This document shows positions 60,359 to 64,000 of a stretch of DNA of 64,000 nt, one piece after another. Numbering within the stretch: position 1 is the first letter of the stretch; the number at the start of each line of letters is the position of its first letter. The position numbers and the translations under genes were made by a program. The stretch lies in assembly GCF_009914755.1 (NCBI RefSeq), contig NC_060947.1; one strand, given 5' to 3'. This DNA comes from the human T2T-CHM13v2.0 reference genome, Homo sapiens. Below the pieces are notes generated by a model. The model saw only the letters and a list, made by a program, of their open reading frames with translations. It had not been told where the DNA came from and did no database searches.

Positions 60359-62761
60359 CATCAACCAATATTCTACTTTATGTCTCTGTGAATTTAACTA
60401 CTCTGGGTACCTCATACAAGTGTAATCATACAGTGTTTGTCCTTTTGTGTCTGGCTTATTAGCATCATGTTTTCAATCCTTATCTGTGTTGTGGCACGTG
60501 TGAGAATTTCCTTCTTTTGTAAGGCTGAATAATATTTCGTGGTGTGTATGTACCACATTGTGTTTATCCATTATATTGTTGAATTTTTAAATAGAAAATG
60601 TTATCTATGTATTATCTAAACACTAGAAAAAATATTTTTTTAAACTGGATGGTTTCCTCTTTTTTTTTTCTCTGAAATAATTTAAATAGCATAGGAATTA
60701 TTTGCTCCTTGAAACTTTGAAATAATCCATTCACTTGTGAAACTGGGCCTGGGCCTTTGAGGTAAGACTCTTGACAGATACAATTCTTGAAAGAAAAGCT
60801 ATGTAGTGTAAAAACAATAATAATTTATCTAAAATACATAGGGACAAAAATTGAAGAACAAAAAATCAGGAGGTAAAAAGGAAAGGTGACAATTTTCTCA
60901 TCTCTCAGAGGGTGAATCAGACACAATTTCACTTTAGAAGCTGAAATATTGAGAATTATAGGCATAGGCATGGTGTTTAACATCATAAAAATAACCACCA
61001 GTAGAACTAAAAACAGATTGCCTATCTTCCCATTTAGAAGATCTTTTTTAAAAAAAGAAAAGAAAACCCAGCCCTTGGAGCAACACATAGAAAACCTAGG
61101 TAATTGGCCTTTTTGTGGGGGTGGGGAGGGGGTGTAGTTGTGCATTTCTTTTGGTATCTTCATTTTTCCTTGGGTTTACATTATTTTGCATATGGAGATA
61201 ATGAGATTGTGGTAGGCTAGTGTGGCCTGAACCTAGTTTAAGACAGAAGATAATAGAAGATATCTACTTTTCTGGTTTTGGTTCCTTTTCATTTCAGTGG
61301 GTCTTAACCTAAGGGAATTATGCAAATATGCATTTACCCAACCATCAAGTCCCATCTTCACTGTGAATGTGAAAAATGCATCCCCTAAATATGTTTATTG
61401 TTCCTGAATATCTTGAAAAAAAGAAAAAAGAAACCTTGTTAACAGCCATTGACCTAGATTGATCACTATAGGTCTTCCCAGCTGTCTTTCTCTCTCTCTC
61501 TCTCTCCCCTGCCCCACCACGCACACACAAAAGACCTGAGACCTGTCTCAATGTTGTGCATGACTCCACAACACAAGGCAGAAGTGATAGGAAAGCAGTC
61601 ATGGTTTGGTGTAAGAATGTTTTGATAATCAGAGGTATTCAAAAATATAAAGGACCATCTCACAAGGAGGCTTGTAAGCCAGGCTGGATAACCACTACCT
61701 ACCACCTCATAAAGAGGTTTTCAGGCCATTCAAGCACCTGATGGTAATTTAGAAGCTTTCCACCTCACCTGAGGATTTAGAAAACAAAAGAGATTTCTTT
61801 TGCATGGAGGTGAGGAGTGAACCAGAGGAAGCAGACAGCCCTAAGTAATGGGGAAGGCTAGCTTGGGAGGTGGAGGACCACTGACAGAGGTTTGCTTTGG
61901 CCCAGTTGAGTCCTCTTTCTAGAACCACATAAATGTTAATCCCCAACCAGGCCCTGATCAGTCTTGAGTTTGTTGAGCTGAAGAAGCAGCCTGAGGTGGA
62001 GACACCACGACTACAATGTTGATTCCAATCCCCCTTCCTAAGTGCAAATCAGCTACTTCAGCCCAACTTGGAGAGTTGCTTAAGGGACCTATTCTAATGA
62101 ATAGCCTAGAGTGACTGGAACACATTCTCAAGTGTGTAAATAGTGCTTTTGAAATATTTGAGGGGGCTTAAAAACAGCTTGTTCTCTTTAAGTAGCCTAT
62201 TCAGTTAAACAAAATGTATCAAGTATCTCCAATGACAGGCACTGCTTGCTGGGTTGGGGCCCAGGAAGGCCTCAAAACAGTTAAGACTGCCTTGGTGCTC
62301 TCCAAGGAGGCCTAGCCTCAGAGGTGAGACCAACATAAATCCAAGTGACCCCCAATCCAAGGCCCAACAGTAAGTGCTGTGGTCCAATAAGAAGATGAGG
62401 AAATGAAGTGGGGATGCCCTGGGCCAGCTTGGGGTGGAGGAATCACAGAGCAAGGGAAATGGGGAGACTTGAAAGGCCAGCTTAGATTTAGGTGGGCAAT
62501 GCTGAAGGCAAGGGCATTCCAGGTAGAGGGAACCCCATTAGGCAAACACACAAAGATGACAGTCTGCGAGACACATGTAGAGAACAGTTGTTCACATTTC
62601 CAGCATCCATTGCCCACTATTCCTGCAAAAGCCCCCACTTATCCTTTGGTGCACCAACTCTCTCCCACCCTCTTAAGTTGAAAGGGGTTCACCAGGGCCC
62701 TCCCCCTTAGGCCTGCCAATTAAAATACCTCTTCTCCCTGGCCACAGTGACTGGTTCACGA

Positions 62762-63378
62762 TGTTATATGTAAAAATGTTTATTTAGAAATAGAATGTTT
62801 GTTCCCCAGTGCCACAAAGAAATAGCACTTGAACATAAATTTAATTCTCTCAGCAAGGCCATTTTTACTTTCTGCAGAAAGGGCACACTCGCCAGCAGTT
62901 TTGCCACAAGAGTATACCGAACAAAAGAGACAGGGTCATTTATAACCTGACGCATTCACCCTACTGCTGTCACCGGTTTCCACTGGCTGCAACAGGACCT
63001 CACATTCTGTATTTGTCCCAATTGGCTAGCAACTTAGAACTTTTTAAAAGAGGCAAAGGCAGAAGAGAACAAAGGAAGGAAGAGGTAACTTGCGGAATGC
63101 TGAGAAAGGTAAAAAACTCCTCCAAATAAGGAAGGGGAACGGGCTATGACCTAATGCTTGCTTGGACCAGTATAAGCATGCCAGGGCAAATATTTAGGCT
63201 AAATTGTGGGAGCTAAGAACACAAAGTACATTGATTTCTGTATTACGGCTAGCGGATATTTTAAAACGTTAGCACAGTTATTTGAATAAATTTCGCTTCT
63301 AAGAGAAGTTACTATTTATTCCTAATTAGACGGAGAGGAAAGTCTCTTTGAAGAGGAACCTCTACTTCACTTTTTACA
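62762..63378 (-). mobile_element. ERV1 solo LTR, LTR10C-like
   Basis: Minus strand begins TGTAAAAAGTGAAGTAGAGGTTCCTCTTCAAAG and ends ...ATAACA; resembles the LTR10C consensus as I recall it. Confidence 0.78.
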
Positions 63379-63442
63379 AAGATGAGCTCGTGGCCTGGGC
63401 TCATCCAATCAGAGGAAAAGTCAGGATATGATGGGTGCATGA

Positions 63443-63769
<327 letters not shown>

Positions 63770-64000
63770 TGAACCTTGGTCCATCTTAACCTTCGGATCA
63801 GGACTGCTGCAATTGCTACAGGCTGTTCCCTTTGAAGCCACCTTGGAAAATCACCATATTGAATCAGTTCCTCGGAAGAGGCTATTAAGGCCTTCCTGGA
63901 ATTGCAGGTGAGTTCACAGTTCTTGGAAAATCCCAATCAGAATTTTGTTTGAAAGGAGGAAGGAAATGGGTAGCAACAACAGCATTTTCCAATGTTCCAA

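Noticed and set aside
63770-63913. Consensus donor CAG|GTGAGT at 63907/63908
   Set aside because: No clear matching acceptor or partner exons inside the window; cannot support an exon call.

Overview
Repeat-rich primate genomic DNA, recognisable from the encoded proteins as the human Xq13.1 EDA-AWAT2-OTUD6A locus. Plus strand: the last six coding exons of EDA (ectodysplasin A; 8575-20962), its 3' UTR of about 3.9 kb (AATAAA 24795-24800), and the intronic MIR676 hairpin (8214-8280). Minus strand, convergent with EDA: the complete 7-coding-exon AWAT2 wax synthase gene (35282 to 27160; exons sum to 1002 nt = 333 aa + stop). Plus strand: the intronless, CpG-rich OTUD6A deubiquitinase (47876-48742, 288 aa). 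The rest is mostly transposable elements (two long decayed L1s, many Alus often with clear TSDs, MST/LTR15-like/LTR10C-like LTRs, hAT MITEs, MIR/L2). The genes are well known and I see no convincing new multi-gene system. The best unexplained signals are: a 3.3 kb strand-asymmetric G-rich degenerate repeat resembling Ig switch regions, a 55-bp non-TE duplication straddling the EDA poly(A) site, an NF-kB/GC-box cluster after the OTUD6A stop, an Alu whose TSD supplies the likely branch point of the EDA collagen exon, and a 2x3 in-frame splice-site matrix in the EDA TNF-domain exon. Gene and TE subfamily names come from memory of reference/consensus sequences, not from a search; TE boundaries are approximate.
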